64,000 nt of DNA, from NCBI GenBank assembly GCA_963764225.1, contig CAVXRL010000007.1, forward strand, positions 531,510 through 595,509, in the 5' to 3' direction. The position numbers and the translations under genes were made by a program. Source of the stretch: an uncultured Actinomycetes bacterium (GTDB taxonomy: Bacteria; Actinomycetota; Thermoleophilia; UBA2241). The stretch's first letter is position 1. The number at the start of each line of letters is the position of its first letter. The notes below the pieces were generated by a model. The model was not told the origin of the DNA. It did not search any database and worked only from the letters and a program-made list of their open reading frames with translations. Of this stretch, positions 18,827 through 29,367 are shown piece after piece.

Positions 18827-18949
18827 CGACCGGGGAGTCGCTTTCCGGCAGCGCGGCGTGTTCACGGCGAGGAATCGAGGAAGCGGCAACAGGGAGGGCG
18901 CCCTGGGGCGCCCTTTCGCTTCTCTCGCGGCCACGGCGGTCGCGTCGAT

Positions 18950-21007
18950 CACTTGGCCGGGCACTTGGAGGGGCTCACGGGGATCTGCATGATAACGGCC
19001 CTTCGAGCTGATCTCCGTCGATCGTGATCTTGGTCCCCGTCTTGGGCAGGATGACGCTGCCGTACGGGTTCTCCATGTCGTAGTAGGTCTCGGGTCGTTG
19101 AAGGTCCGCACGGCCGGCAGGCTCTGGTACTTGACGGCCGCTGTTGTAGTGCAGCGTGATGCCGTCGGTCCGGGACAGCGTGAAGGTCGAGTCGTAGCTC
19201 TGGACGCGGTTTCGCCAGACGCACCGTCGGGGCACTTGAGCGCCTCGGGATGCGCGTCGACGGCAGGAGGAGGCCCTGCCCGGGGGCTCGGGACGGTGTT
19301 GTTGTTGGCCGTAGGTGTCCCAGTAGTTGATCAGCAGGCCGTCCTGGTACGGGAAGTGGTCGACGAGTTCCGCCGAGGTCGGGATTGTTCAGATAGCCGA
19401 AGTGGTACGGACCGACCTTCAGCGTGGAGTCGTAGCCCCTGTACGTGCGGTACTCGGCCACGTAGTACTGGCTGTACAGCTTGCTCCTCGGTGCCGGTCG
19501 TGACGCGGAAGCCGTTGGCGTAGGTCCAGCCGGCGTCGGTCTCGGCGCCGTCGAGTCGGCTATCCGGTGATGTTGATGTCGTCGACCATGAACCCGGCGT
19601 AGTTGACGCCGCCGTCGCTCCGGTACTGGAAGCCGAGGAGGACGTGCCTGCTGGCGAGAGGTTCGCGGTCAGGTCGACCCAGCCGCTCGAGAAGCCCTCG
19701 ATGCTGTTCGCCTCGACGCGTCGAGTTCGAGAGGTTGGTCGGGACCGTCTGCCAGGTCGCGCCGCCGTCGGTCGAGGCGATCAGGTTGGCGTAGTCGTAG
19801 CCCTGCTCGATGCCGTAGTTGACCTTGGCGCTGAGCGTCGCCCCGGCGGCCGAGCGTGAACGCCTTGGTCATGTTGTTGTTGAGGTTGTTGGCGGAGCCG
19901 CTGAAGTAGAACTTGGACCCGCGTAGGGAGCGCCGATGTCGGCAGTCACCGGCTTCTTCGGCAGGACGACGAACAGGCCCTGCGCCTGCTTGGTGTTGAA
20001 CTCCATCGGGCCGAGCTCGGTACTCGCGATTTCGGCCTGCACGGGCCACCTCGTAGTTGAGCCAGCCGAGCTGGAACTTCTCCCAGGCGCCCATGTGCCC
20101 CGGCTTGGTGCCGATGTCTCGTTGCCGTCGCCCATCCAGGAGCCGGAGGACATGAGCGTCCAGAACCCGGTGCCGTTCTCGCCCGAGGTGTCGTACAGGT
20201 CCGGGCAGGCCCAGGTCGTGGCCGAACTCGTGGGTGAAGACGCCCACGCCGCCGTTCTCGGGCTGGATAGTGTACTTGCCGACCCAGTAGTCGCTGTCCC
20301 CGATCTGGATGCCGCCGAGCTTGTTGAACGGCGCGGGCCGGTCTTGTCGATGTCGGGTAGTTGGCGTACCAGCTGTGGCTCCAGATGCGTCGGCGCCGAG
20401 CGCGCCGCCGCCGGCCTCCTCGCCCTCGCCCGCGTGCACCGACTGGAAGGTGTCGATGTAGCCGTCGGGCTCGTCGAAGTTGCCGTCGCCGTCGTAGTCG
20501 TAGCGGTCGCAGCGGTCGAACTGCGCCAGGTACGCGTCGATCTGGGCGGGCGTCTTGCCGGCCGCGATCTGTCGTCGTACCAGCCGTCGGCCATGTCCTG
20601 GAGGAAGAACCAGACGTTCGTCGAGGTGCCTGTCCGGGTTGTCGTCGTAGTGGAGGTCGCCAGGGCACGGTGACCCAGTCGGTCGCGTCGCCGTCCACGC
20701 TGTAGCGGCCGGAGGACTGCTCGATGTAGAAGTTGCCCATCGAGTTCACGCCGGGCGAGTCGTCGTAGAGCAGTTTGTTGAAGTAGTCGCGGCTGAAGTC
20801 CTGCATCCAGATCGTGGTGTTGTCGACGGCGCGGTCCGGCTCGGCGATGCTGTTGTGCTGGAAGTCCGTGAACTCGCCGAGGAGCGTCCAGACCGGGTCC
20901 TCGCCCTCGAGCTCGAGCTGGACGTACTGGCCCTCGGCGACCTCGACGACGCCGCCCTTGTCTTGCCGTAGCTTGCCCTTGAGCTTCTTCTCGAGGGCGG
21001 CCTGCAT
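18950..21007 (-). pseudogene. M6 (immune inhibitor A-like) zinc metallopeptidase gene disrupted by multiple frameshifts
   Basis: Homologous segments alternate among three minus-strand frames: ...TLLGEFTDFQHNSIAEPDRAVDNTTIWMQDFSRDYF..., ...VFTHEFGHDLGLP (HEXXH)..., ...DLYDTSGENGTGFWTLMSSGSWMGDGNE..., ...GAWEKFQLGWLNYEVA... and a C-terminal piece. Confidence 0.6.
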
Positions 21008-21469
21008 CAGCGCCGCCTGCTTGACCGCGAGCGGACTGTGACGATCATCTTTCTTGACGTGCCTGGTCCGCGCGTCGGAGGCGCCGTCGAGTCGGCTACC
21101 GCAGGCGAGCCCACACCAGGCGCGGCACTACAGCAGCAGCGGCAGTAACGCGAACAGCACGAGACTGAAGCAGCTTTACTGACATGTAGGAACCCCCTTC
21201 TGTCCCTCGTGTGCAGCTCGGGCAGGACCTGCGCGGTACCGGGTCCACGAATACACCCCGGGGGGTACCAGCGCAAGCTTGGGCCGGGTGCTCCGCCTGC
21301 CCGCCTGGGCCTTCTTGTAGTCAAGCTGGCAACGGCGCCCGGCCCGCCGGCTCGCGCCTCCGCCTGGAGCGGCCTCAGCCCCTCGCGATGGTGACGCCGC
21401 GCGCCTCGGCCATCCACCTGACGGGCCGGCGCGGGCAGCCGACACCGGCTCTTACTGCGTCCGGCGCCC

Positions 21470-22192
21470 TCAGGCTCCCGGACCGCCGGGTCCGCTGACC
21501 ACGCTGCCGGCGGTCTCGCCGCCGTCCATCACGATCACCGAGCCGGTGAAGTAGGCGGCCTCGTCGCTCGCCAGGTAGGCGAAGAGGCCGGCGAGCTCCT
21601 CGGGCGTCGCGTGCCGGCCCAGCGGGATGCGCTCGTTGACCTGGGCCAGCATCTCGGGCGTGTACTCCGACTCCTGCATCGGCGTCAGCACGTAGCCCGG
21701 GCAGACGGCGTTGACCCGCACCGTCGGCGCCCACTCGAGCGCCAGGGAGCGGGCGAGCGCCACGAGGCCGGCCTTGGACGCGTTGTAGTCGGCGTAGTAG
21801 CGGTAGCCGACCAGAGCGTTGGTGGAGGCCGTGAAGACGATGGAGCCGCCGCCTGCCGCCAGCATCCTCGCGGCGGCCGCCTGCGCCGCCCAGAACGCGC
21901 CGCTGAGGTTGGTGCCGATCACCTGGTCCCACTGCGGGGCGCCGATCTCCACCGCCGGGCTGCGCAGGCTCACGCCGGCGTTGTCGATCAGGACGTCGAG
22001 GGCGCCGATCCGCTCGAAGGCGGCCTCCACCTGGTCGCGGTCGCTCACGTCACAGGGGATCACGTCCGGGCCGGGCGTGCGGGCCAGGACGATCACCTCA
22101 GAGCCCTCCTCGCGGAATCGCCGCACCGTCGCCGCGCCGATGCCGCTGGTGCCGCCGGTGACCACCACGCGCTTGCCCGCCAGACCCTTCAT
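21470..22192 (-). CDS. SDR-family short-chain dehydrogenase/reductase
   Basis: TGGTSGIG cofactor motif and YxxxK (YNASK). Confidence 0.8.
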   Translation of the reverse strand: MKGLAGKRVVVTGGTSGIGAATVRRFREEGSEVIVLARTPGPDVIPCDVSDRDQVEAAFERIGALDVLIDNAGVSLRSPAVEIGAPQWDQVIGTNLSGAFWAAQAAAARMLAAGGGSIVFTASTNALVGYRYYADYNASKAGLVALARSLALEWAPTVRVNAVCPGYVLTPMQESEYTPEMLAQVNERIPLGRHATPEELAGLFAYLASDEAAYFTGSVIVMDGGETAGSVVSGPGGPGA

Positions 22193-22251
22193 CGCCGTCC
22201 TCCTCGTCGCTCCGGCTCCAGCCGTACTGCCCTTGCCTGTATCCTATCTGC

Positions 22252-22734
22252 ATGCCTGACGAGCAGGACCCCTTCATCGGTGTCGTCAGCGACACCCACG
22301 GCTACTACGACCCGCAGCTGGATGAGCTGCTGGCCGGCGCCGTGCGCATCATCCACGCCGGCGACATCGGCACCCAGGAGGTGCTCACTCGCCTGCGGGC
22401 GATCGCCCCGACGACCGCCGTGCTCGGCAACACCGACCTGCCGTACTGGGACGAGAGCCTGCCGTGGGAGACGGAGGTGCGCGAGCTCGGCCTGCGCATC
22501 CTGCTGTGCCACATCGGCAAGAGCCTCATGGGGCGGCACGACCCGGTGGCCGAGGGCTACGACCTCGTGATCAGCGGTCACAGCCACAAGGCGGCGGTGG
22601 AGTGGCGGGAGCAGACGCTGTTCCTCAATCCCGGCGCGGCCGGCAAGGCCCGGTTCGGCCTGCCGCGCACGCTCGCGCGCGTCACCGTGAGCGCGGAGGG
22701 GCGTCCCGTTCCCCAGATCGTCGAGCTGGGGTAA
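22252..22734 (+). CDS. Metallophosphoesterase (YfcE-like)
   Basis: GVVSDTHG, HAGDIG, GNTD and SGHSH motifs. Confidence 0.75.
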   Translation: MPDEQDPFIGVVSDTHGYYDPQLDELLAGAVRIIHAGDIGTQEVLTRLRAIAPTTAVLGNTDLPYWDESLPWETEVRELGLRILLCHIGKSLMGRHDPVAEGYDLVISGHSHKAAVEWREQTLFLNPGAAGKARFGLPRTLARVTVSAEGRPVPQIVELG

Positions 22735-22784
22735 GGGGCGGGGCCGGTCCGTGCGGGAAGGGCGCGAGCCGGCCTCCCGGCCGC

Positions 22785-24281
22785 TCAGCGCTTCTTGACC
22801 GCTTCGTAGGCGGCGAGCGCCCGCAGGCGGGCCTCGCCGTGATCCACCAGCGGCTCCGGGTAGGTCTCGCCGAGGGCGAGGCCGGCGCCCGCCGGCGCCT
22901 CCGGCCCCGCCAGCCAGGGGGCCTGCGCCAGCTCCGCCGGCAGGCCCGCCAGCTCCGGCAGCCACCGGCGCACGAACGCCGCGTCCGGGTCGTACCGCGA
23001 TCCCTGCGTCACCGGGTTGAACACGCGGAAGTACGGCGCCGCGTCGGCGCCGCAGCCGGCGACCCACTGCCAGCCGAGCGTGTTGTTGGCGAGGTCGGCG
23101 TCCACCAGCGTCTCCCAGAACCAGGCGGCGCCGTCCTGCCACGGCAGGAGCAGGTCCTTGACGAGGAACGACCCGGCCAGCAGGCGCGCCCGGTTGTGCA
23201 TCCAGCCCGTGGTCCAGAGGGAGCGCATCGCGGCGTCGACGATCGGGTAGCCGGTGCGGCCGCGCCGCCAGGCCTCGAGCGCGGCCGGGTCGTCGCGCCA
23301 GGGGAACGCCGCGAACCGCTCGTGCAGCGGGCGCGCGACGGTGTGCGGAAACGCGGCCAGCAACTGGTGGCCGAACTCGCGCCAGCCCAGCTGGCGGAGG
23401 AAGGCGCCGGCGGACCTGCGCAGCCCCGGCGCCTGCTCTTCGTCCCTGCTCCGCGGTCCGACCGAGGCCTCCAGGTCCATCCCGGCCTCCTCGAGCGCGC
23501 CGGCGACGCCGTACCAGACCTGGCGGGCGGTCAGCTCCCCCCAGTGCAGGTACGGCGAGAGACGGGAACTGCCGTCGAGGTCGGGACGGTCGCGGTCGGC
23601 CGCGTAGCTGCCGAGGCCGTCGGCCAGGAACGTCTCGAGGCGCTGGTGAGCGCCGGGCTCGCCCGGCCGCCACAGCTCCGCGAAGCCGCCGGCCCAGGGG
23701 CGCACGGCTTCGTCGCGCAGGGCGTCGAGCGAGAGCCCGCGCGGCGCGTCCGGCGCCGGCGGCAGGGCGCCGGGCGCCGGCAGCGGCTCGTCGGGCGCGC
23801 CGGCCGCCAGGCGGGCGCGCCAGAACGGCGTGAACACCGTGTAGGCCCCGCCGGCCTTCGTGCGCACGGCGCGCGGGTCCGCGAGCAGGTTCGCCTGCCG
23901 CACGGGCGCCGCCTCGATGCCCGACGAGCGCAAGGCCGTCTCGAGCGCCCGGTCGTCGTCCAGCTCGTCCGGCTCCAGGCCCTCGGCCCAGACGACGGCG
24001 CGGGCGTGGGCCGAGCGGGCAAGCCCCGCGACCACCGAGACCGGGTCGCCGCGCTCGACCAGCAGCCGCGACCCGAGCCCGCGCAGGGCCTCGTCCAGGC
24101 TGCGCAGCGAGTGCCAGAGCCACCAGCGCGCCGCGCCTCCCGGCGCCCAGGCGCGGCGCTCCCGCGGCTCCCACACGTACACGGGCAGGAGCAGGCCGCC
24201 CCGGTCCCGGTTCGCCCGCTCGGCCGCCTCCAGCAGAGCCGGGTTGTCGCTCAGCCGCAGGTCGCGGCGCAGCCACAGCAC
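22785..24281 (-). CDS. phr: Deoxyribodipyrimidine photolyase / cryptochrome family (GTG start)
   Basis: VLWLRRDLRLSDNPAL... at the N-terminus. FAD-binding C-terminus ...TGYPIVDAAMRSLWTTGWMHNRARLLAGSFLVKDLLLPWQDGAAWFWETLVDADLANNTLGWQW. Confidence 0.8.
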   Translation of the reverse strand: MLWLRRDLRLSDNPALLEAAERANRDRGGLLLPVYVWEPRERRAWAPGGAARWWLWHSLRSLDEALRGLGSRLLVERGDPVSVVAGLARSAHARAVVWAEGLEPDELDDDRALETALRSSGIEAAPVRQANLLADPRAVRTKAGGAYTVFTPFWRARLAAGAPDEPLPAPGALPPAPDAPRGLSLDALRDEAVRPWAGGFAELWRPGEPGAHQRLETFLADGLGSYAADRDRPDLDGSSRLSPYLHWGELTARQVWYGVAGALEEAGMDLEASVGPRSRDEEQAPGLRRSAGAFLRQLGWREFGHQLLAAFPHTVARPLHERFAAFPWRDDPAALEAWRRGRTGYPIVDAAMRSLWTTGWMHNRARLLAGSFLVKDLLLPWQDGAAWFWETLVDADLANNTLGWQWVAGCGADAAPYFRVFNPVTQGSRYDPDAAFVRRWLPELAGLPAELAQAPWLAGPEAPAGAGLALGETYPEPLVDHGEARLRALAAYEAVKKR

Positions 24282-24546
24282 GGTCGCGGGAGCTTGACTG
24301 CCTGCCGCCGAGCGGCTGCTGGCCGCTGTCTCGTTGATGGAGGTCCTCCGTCGTTGGGACCGCGCCCGCGGCGCGCGCCGTTCACATGAAGGCGCGCCGT
24401 GATGGAATATGACCGGCTGTCGCGACGGCCAACCACTACGCCATCCGGCCGGAGAGGAGGAGCAGGTGAGCGCTGAGGACGGCGGCAGGGATCTGAGCCC
24501 CGGGCATCGAGCGGCCCTGGATCGCCTGCGGTCGCAGTGGGGCCGC

Positions 24547-25380
24547 ATGGACGGCAAGACGGTGCTGGTCACCGGCGCGACCCGCGGGGTCGGCCTGGAG
24601 AGCGCCTGCCGGCTGGCGAGCCTCGGGGCCCAGGTGCTGGTGCACGGGCGCGACCCGGACCGGACCCACGGCGCTCTGCGCGCCGTCCGCAGGGAGGCCG
24701 CTCCGTACGCGTCGCCGGTCGTGTTCACGGCGGACCTCAGTTCGCTCGCCGACGTGCGCGACCTGGCAGCCGCCGTCCTGCGGGACCGGCCGCGCCTCGA
24801 CGTGCTGCTCGCCAACGCGGGCGTGTACGCGCCCCAGCGGAGCGAAACGGCGGACGGCCTGGAGCTCACGTTCGCGGTCAACGTGGTCGCGCCGATCCTG
24901 CTCGCGTCCGAGCTCCTGCCTGCTCTGCGAGCCGCGGCGCCGTCGCGCATCGTCATCCTGAGTTCGGCGTCACACTGGACGGGCGAGATCCACTGGGACG
25001 ACCTGCAGCTCGCCCGTCCCGGCGCGTACGCCGGCCTGCGCGCCTACGACCAGTCCAAGCTGGCCGTGCTCATGCTCACGCTGGCGCTCGCCCGGCGCCT
25101 GGAAGGCGCCGGGGTGACGGCCGCCTGTCTGGACCCCGGCGACGTGGCCACCGCCATGCTGGCGTCCGGCTGGCCCGGCCTCCCCGGCATCCCGGTGAAG
25201 GACGGCGCCGTCACCAGCGTGTATCTCGTTTCGGCGGCCGAGGCCTCGGGCCTGACCGGCGTCTACCTGGAGGGCGGCGAGGTCACCACGCCGCTCGCCG
25301 CCGCCCTGGACGTCGAGGCCCAGGAGCGTCTCTGGCGCGCCGTCGAGGACGTCGCCGGTCCGCTCGTGCGCGGCGCGTAG
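24547..25380 (+). CDS. SDR-family oxidoreductase
   Basis: TGATRGVG and YDQSK motifs. Confidence 0.75.
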   Translation: MDGKTVLVTGATRGVGLESACRLASLGAQVLVHGRDPDRTHGALRAVRREAAPYASPVVFTADLSSLADVRDLAAAVLRDRPRLDVLLANAGVYAPQRSETADGLELTFAVNVVAPILLASELLPALRAAAPSRIVILSSASHWTGEIHWDDLQLARPGAYAGLRAYDQSKLAVLMLTLALARRLEGAGVTAACLDPGDVATAMLASGWPGLPGIPVKDGAVTSVYLVSAAEASGLTGVYLEGGEVTTPLAAALDVEAQERLWRAVEDVAGPLVRGA

Positions 25381-25450
25381 TCGCGGGTATACACGCTGTG
25401 GGACAAGGAAGAGCGTGGTCGCGCGATCCCCGACGCGCGTGGAGGACGAC

Positions 25451-25705
25451 ATGAGCACACCACCCGTGACCATCTACTCACTCACGACCTGTGGCTGGAG
25501 CCGGAAGGCCAAGGAGTACTTCAAGCAGCGAGGCATCAAGGCGTTCGTCATCGAATACGACACCGTAGGCCCCGAACTGCAGCAGAAGATCTCGGCGGAG
25601 ATGCACAAGGAAGGCGCGGACGGGTTCCCGTTCGTGCGCATCGCCGGCAAGGTCGTCAAGGGGTACGACCCCGCCGCCTACGACAGGCTGCTGAGGGCCG
25701 CCTGA
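25451..25705 (+). CDS. Glutaredoxin-family protein (CGWS active-site variant)
   Basis: VTIYSLTTCGWSRKAKEYF...GFPFVRIAGKVVKGY. Confidence 0.6.
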   Translation: MSTPPVTIYSLTTCGWSRKAKEYFKQRGIKAFVIEYDTVGPELQQKISAEMHKEGADGFPFVRIAGKVVKGYDPAAYDRLLRAA

Positions 25706-25735
25706 GAGGCCGAGACGACCAGAGGAGCGACCAGA

Positions 25736-26068
25736 GTGGGCGAGCAGATCAAGGTGGAGTTGTACTCACTGAGCACGTGTCCGTGGAGCCGCAACACCCG
25801 CGCCTGGCTCGACAACCACCACGTGCCCTACGACTTCGTGGACTACGACCTCGCCGACGAGGGCATGCAGCGGCACATCCAGGAGGAGATGGTGAGCCGC
25901 GACGCGTCGGCGTTCCCCTACGTGAAGATCGGCGACAGCGACTTCATCATCGGCTACAACCCGGACGCGTTCGCGCGGCTGCTCGGGTTGCCGAAGGACC
26001 CCGAGCCGGCGGCGGCCGAGACCGGCGAGTGCGCCGCGGACTTCGAGGCGGGCGCGCCCGAGCCGTGA
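25736..26068 (+). CDS. Glutaredoxin-family protein (CPWS active-site variant)
   Basis: VELYSLSTCPWSRNTRAWL...AFPYVKIGDSDFIIGY. Confidence 0.6.
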   Translation: MGEQIKVELYSLSTCPWSRNTRAWLDNHHVPYDFVDYDLADEGMQRHIQEEMVSRDASAFPYVKIGDSDFIIGYNPDAFARLLGLPKDPEPAAAETGECAADFEAGAPEP

Positions 26069-26120
26069 GGGTGGCGCCGCCGCGCGCATCGTCGTGACCG
26101 ACGGCGGAGGGAAGGGAAGA

Positions 26121-26197
<77 letters not shown>

Positions 26198-26433
26198 ACG
26201 CGGGGACGGATTCTAGCGGAATGCGGCCGGAGGCGCTACCACGCGTCTGGCCTGACTCTCTCTCGCTGCCGGTCACTTGCCCGCCGTTGGCCTCGGCCTC
26301 ACATCCCCGTTGTCAGCCTTGACGACGAACGCCGCGTGTCCTTGACACACTGCCTGCGCCGTCCATAGCCTGCTTGTATTGATGCCTTCCGGGCTGGAGC
26401 CTGGTGGGGTACCGCATCACGAAGGGGGACTCG

Positions 26434-28118
26434 ATGGTTATCGTTCGCAAGGGGTCACTGCTCGGGCTCATCGTCCTGCTCATCTTGCTGGTCGCCGCCG
26501 GGGCGGCACTCGGCAAGACGCCGAAGCGCGTGATCATCGTGGTGATGGACCAGATGCAGCCCGGGTACGCGCAGCAGTACGACATGAAGAACGTACTGTT
26601 CCTGCAAGACCACGGTGTCAACTTCAAGAGGGCCTACGTCGGCGACATGGCCTCCGAGACGGTCGTGAGCCACAACGTGATGGTCAGCGGCCTGTTCCCC
26701 GAGCAACATGGGCTGGTCGGACGAGGCCATCCGCGACGTCGACAGGCGTCCTTGGTTACGGTGAGAACGCTATCGTGACCGTCGGAGACCTCGGCTACGC
26801 CGACTACGTGAAGCTCATCGATCACTACGGTCCCTATCCAAAGCTCGGCGACTACCTGCAAGGCCAAGTTCCCGGGGACGATCGTCGCCAACGTCGGCGA
26901 AAAGGGCTACCAGGTCGAGTCCATGGCGGCCAAGAGTTCCGACTGGTACGTGCGCATGGGGAGCAAGAAGACCCCGCCCGGCACGGCGGAAAAGCCAGTG
27001 CCGTACATCGCCGGGCTGCCGGGGTCGTATCGTGGCCCGTCCGGCTCTGTACCTCCGTACATCGCTTCTGACCCCCGGTTCTATGTAAGCGTGGGGAACA
27101 GCAGCACCGACACAAGCTTGGGCTTCATTCCCCCCGCGGATTACTACGGCACCAAGACCGACAAGCCCGCGTGGATGTACCCAGAGGACGGGCGCTACGT
27201 GAAGGGTCCGTACGCCGGTCACGAGAGCGGCGACATTGGGTCGCCGACGCCGCCCTGAAGATCATGGACAACGAGAAGTGGTCCGGTCTGTGGGTGACCT
27301 TCAGCGCCATCGACAAGGTCGGCCACATGTGGGGCGGTGGCGCCGTCGACACGCTGAAGAACTACAAGTGGGACCCGAACTCGATCTTCCGCGAGGTCCA
27401 CATGCCGTGGGCTGCCAAGAACGCGGATGACCAGCTCGGGCGCCTCATCAAGAAGCTGAAGCAGAAGGGCCAGTACGACGACACGCTGATCGTCGTCACC
27501 GCCGACCATGGCTCGACCTACGGCGGCAAGGGCTGGTACGGCGACAACGTGTACGACGGCGGCAATGTCGCCGGCTGGTACGCGGGCACCTGGTATCCGG
27601 GGTATGGAACGGACGCTCACGTTCCGAACACCTCGGCCGGCCCGTCGGCCCTGAAGCCGCTCATGGACACCGGCCTGGTCGACTTCAGCTATCAGTCCAC
27701 GTCGATCCAGACCTGGCTCAAGGAGCCGACCGCGGACAACATGGCGAGGTGTGCCGGTGTCATGGCCGAGCTGCCAGGCGTCATTGCCACCTACGTCAAG
27801 GACGGCGACCACTACACGCTGACCTGGGCCAGCGACTCGATGACGAGGGCTGAGCATCGCTGGTGGGCCCGTCACGGACAGGAGTTGGTCGACACGATGG
27901 CGTTCGAGGGTTCGGGCGACGTGGTCGGGCTGCTCGCGGACAAGACGCTCTACGCGGTCTACGGCGACCACGGCGGCGCTCAGAAGGACGTCCAGCGGAT
28001 CCCGATGGCGTTCTACATGCCGGGTATCTCGAAGGACACGAGCAAGGCCGGATTCCGCCTGGTCGACATCATGCCGACGGTCCTCGATACTTCGGCATCG
28101 AGCCGAGCAGCGACATGA
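26434..28118 (+). pseudogene. Nucleotide pyrophosphatase/phosphodiesterase (ENPP, alkaline-phosphatase superfamily) gene split over at least four frames
   Basis: Signal peptide then ...VIIVVMDQMQPGY...VSGLFPEQHGLVG (frame 1). ...GYGENAIVTVGDLGYADYVKLIDHYGPYPKLGDYLQGQ (frame 2). ...YVRMGSKKTPPG...HESGDIG (frame 3). ...ALKIMDNEKWSGLWVTFSAIDKVGHMWGG...IVVTADHGSTYGGKGWYG...YGDHGG (frame 1). Confidence 0.55.
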
Positions 28119-28240
28119 ACGGCAAGGCCTACAACCTCCCGATCCCCGGCAGCAAGTAGCCCGAGGCGCAGCGAGGGAGACGCGAAGGGGCCGGGGGTGC
28201 TGTGCACCCCCGGCCCCTTCGCTCGTCCGGGCGACCGCGC

Positions 28241-29339
28241 TCAGGCGGCGCCGCGGCCGCCGGCGCCGGCGCCGGCGGTGCGGCCGAGCGACGAGAGCAG
28301 CTGCTGGATGCTCTCGTTGATGGCCTCGGCCGTCTCGTGCACGGCGGCCTTCTCCGGGTAGATCTCGTAGCGCTCGCGCTCGTCCGGCGGCGTCAGGTTG
28401 GGCATGACCACGTTGGCGCCGCGCTCCAGCCCGTGGACGCGGCCGCCGGCCTTGTTGACGAGCGAGAGCGCCGTGGTGGCCGGCAGGTTCGCGTCCGGGC
28501 CGCGCCAGGCGTGTCAGGGCGAGCGCCTTGCAGGTCATGAGCTCGCTGTTGGGCGCCTGGTCCTCGGGCCAGTCGTCGTCCGCCAGCCGCCGCTCGAACT
28601 CCCGCCCCAGGGGCGTGGCCGGGTGGGGCAGGTAGGGGCCGATGCCGATCATGTCCATGTCCATGCCGCGGAACAGCTCGATGTCGGCGGCGATGCTGGC
28701 GTGGGTCTGGCCGGGGATGCCGACCATGATCCCCGTGCCTGCCTCGTAGCCCAGCTCCTGCAGGCGGCGGAGGATGCGCATGCGGTCGCTGACCTTGCCC
28801 GGCAGGTCGGGGTGGATGCGCCGGTAGAGCTCCTCGTCCGAGGTCTCGAAGCGCAGGAGGTAGCGGTCGCCGCCCGCCTCGCGCCAGGCGATGAGGTCCT
28901 CATCGGGCCGCTCCCCCAGACTGAGGGTGATCGCCGAGATGGTCGTCTCCGCGCGGATGCGGCGCAGCACGCCGGCCATCCACTCCGCGGTGATGCCGTA
29001 GTCCTCGCCGGCCTGCATGACGAGCGTGCCGTAGCCGAACGCCACCGCCTTGCGGGCGCAGTCGAGGACGACCTCCTCCGAGACACGGTAGCGCTCGACG
29101 CCGCGGTTGCCGGCGCGGATGCCGCAGTAGGTGCAGCCGCGCACGCAGTAGTTGCTCACCTCGACGAGGCCGCGGAGGTGGACGGCGTCGCCGACGTAGC
29201 GGCGTCTCGCCTCGTCCGCCGCCGCCCACAGCGTCTCCAGGCGCGCCTCGTCGGTCTCCCGCAGCCACCACTCGATGGCCTCGCGGGAGAGCTCGTCGGC
29301 GACGCCGAGCGGCGGGGGAGAGGGCGGAGAAGGCGTCAC
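28241..29339 (-). CDS. hydE: [FeFe]-hydrogenase maturase HydE (radical SAM); apparent -1/+1 frameshift near 28490
   Basis: CVRGCTYCG radical-SAM motif. ...ELMTCKALALTRLARP then the frame is lost. The other frame continues PDANLPATTALSLVNKAGGRVHGLERGANVVMPNLTPP...GRGAA-TGA, matching the HydE C-terminus. Confidence 0.7.
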
Positions 29340-29367
29340 GGGCGCGGCTCGGTGGAGGGCGGCGGCG

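Noticed and set aside
22189-24389. Overlapping 695-aa minus and 641-aa plus ORFs across the photolyase region
   Set aside because: Only the frame giving the photolyase FAD-binding motifs is credible; the others are shadows.
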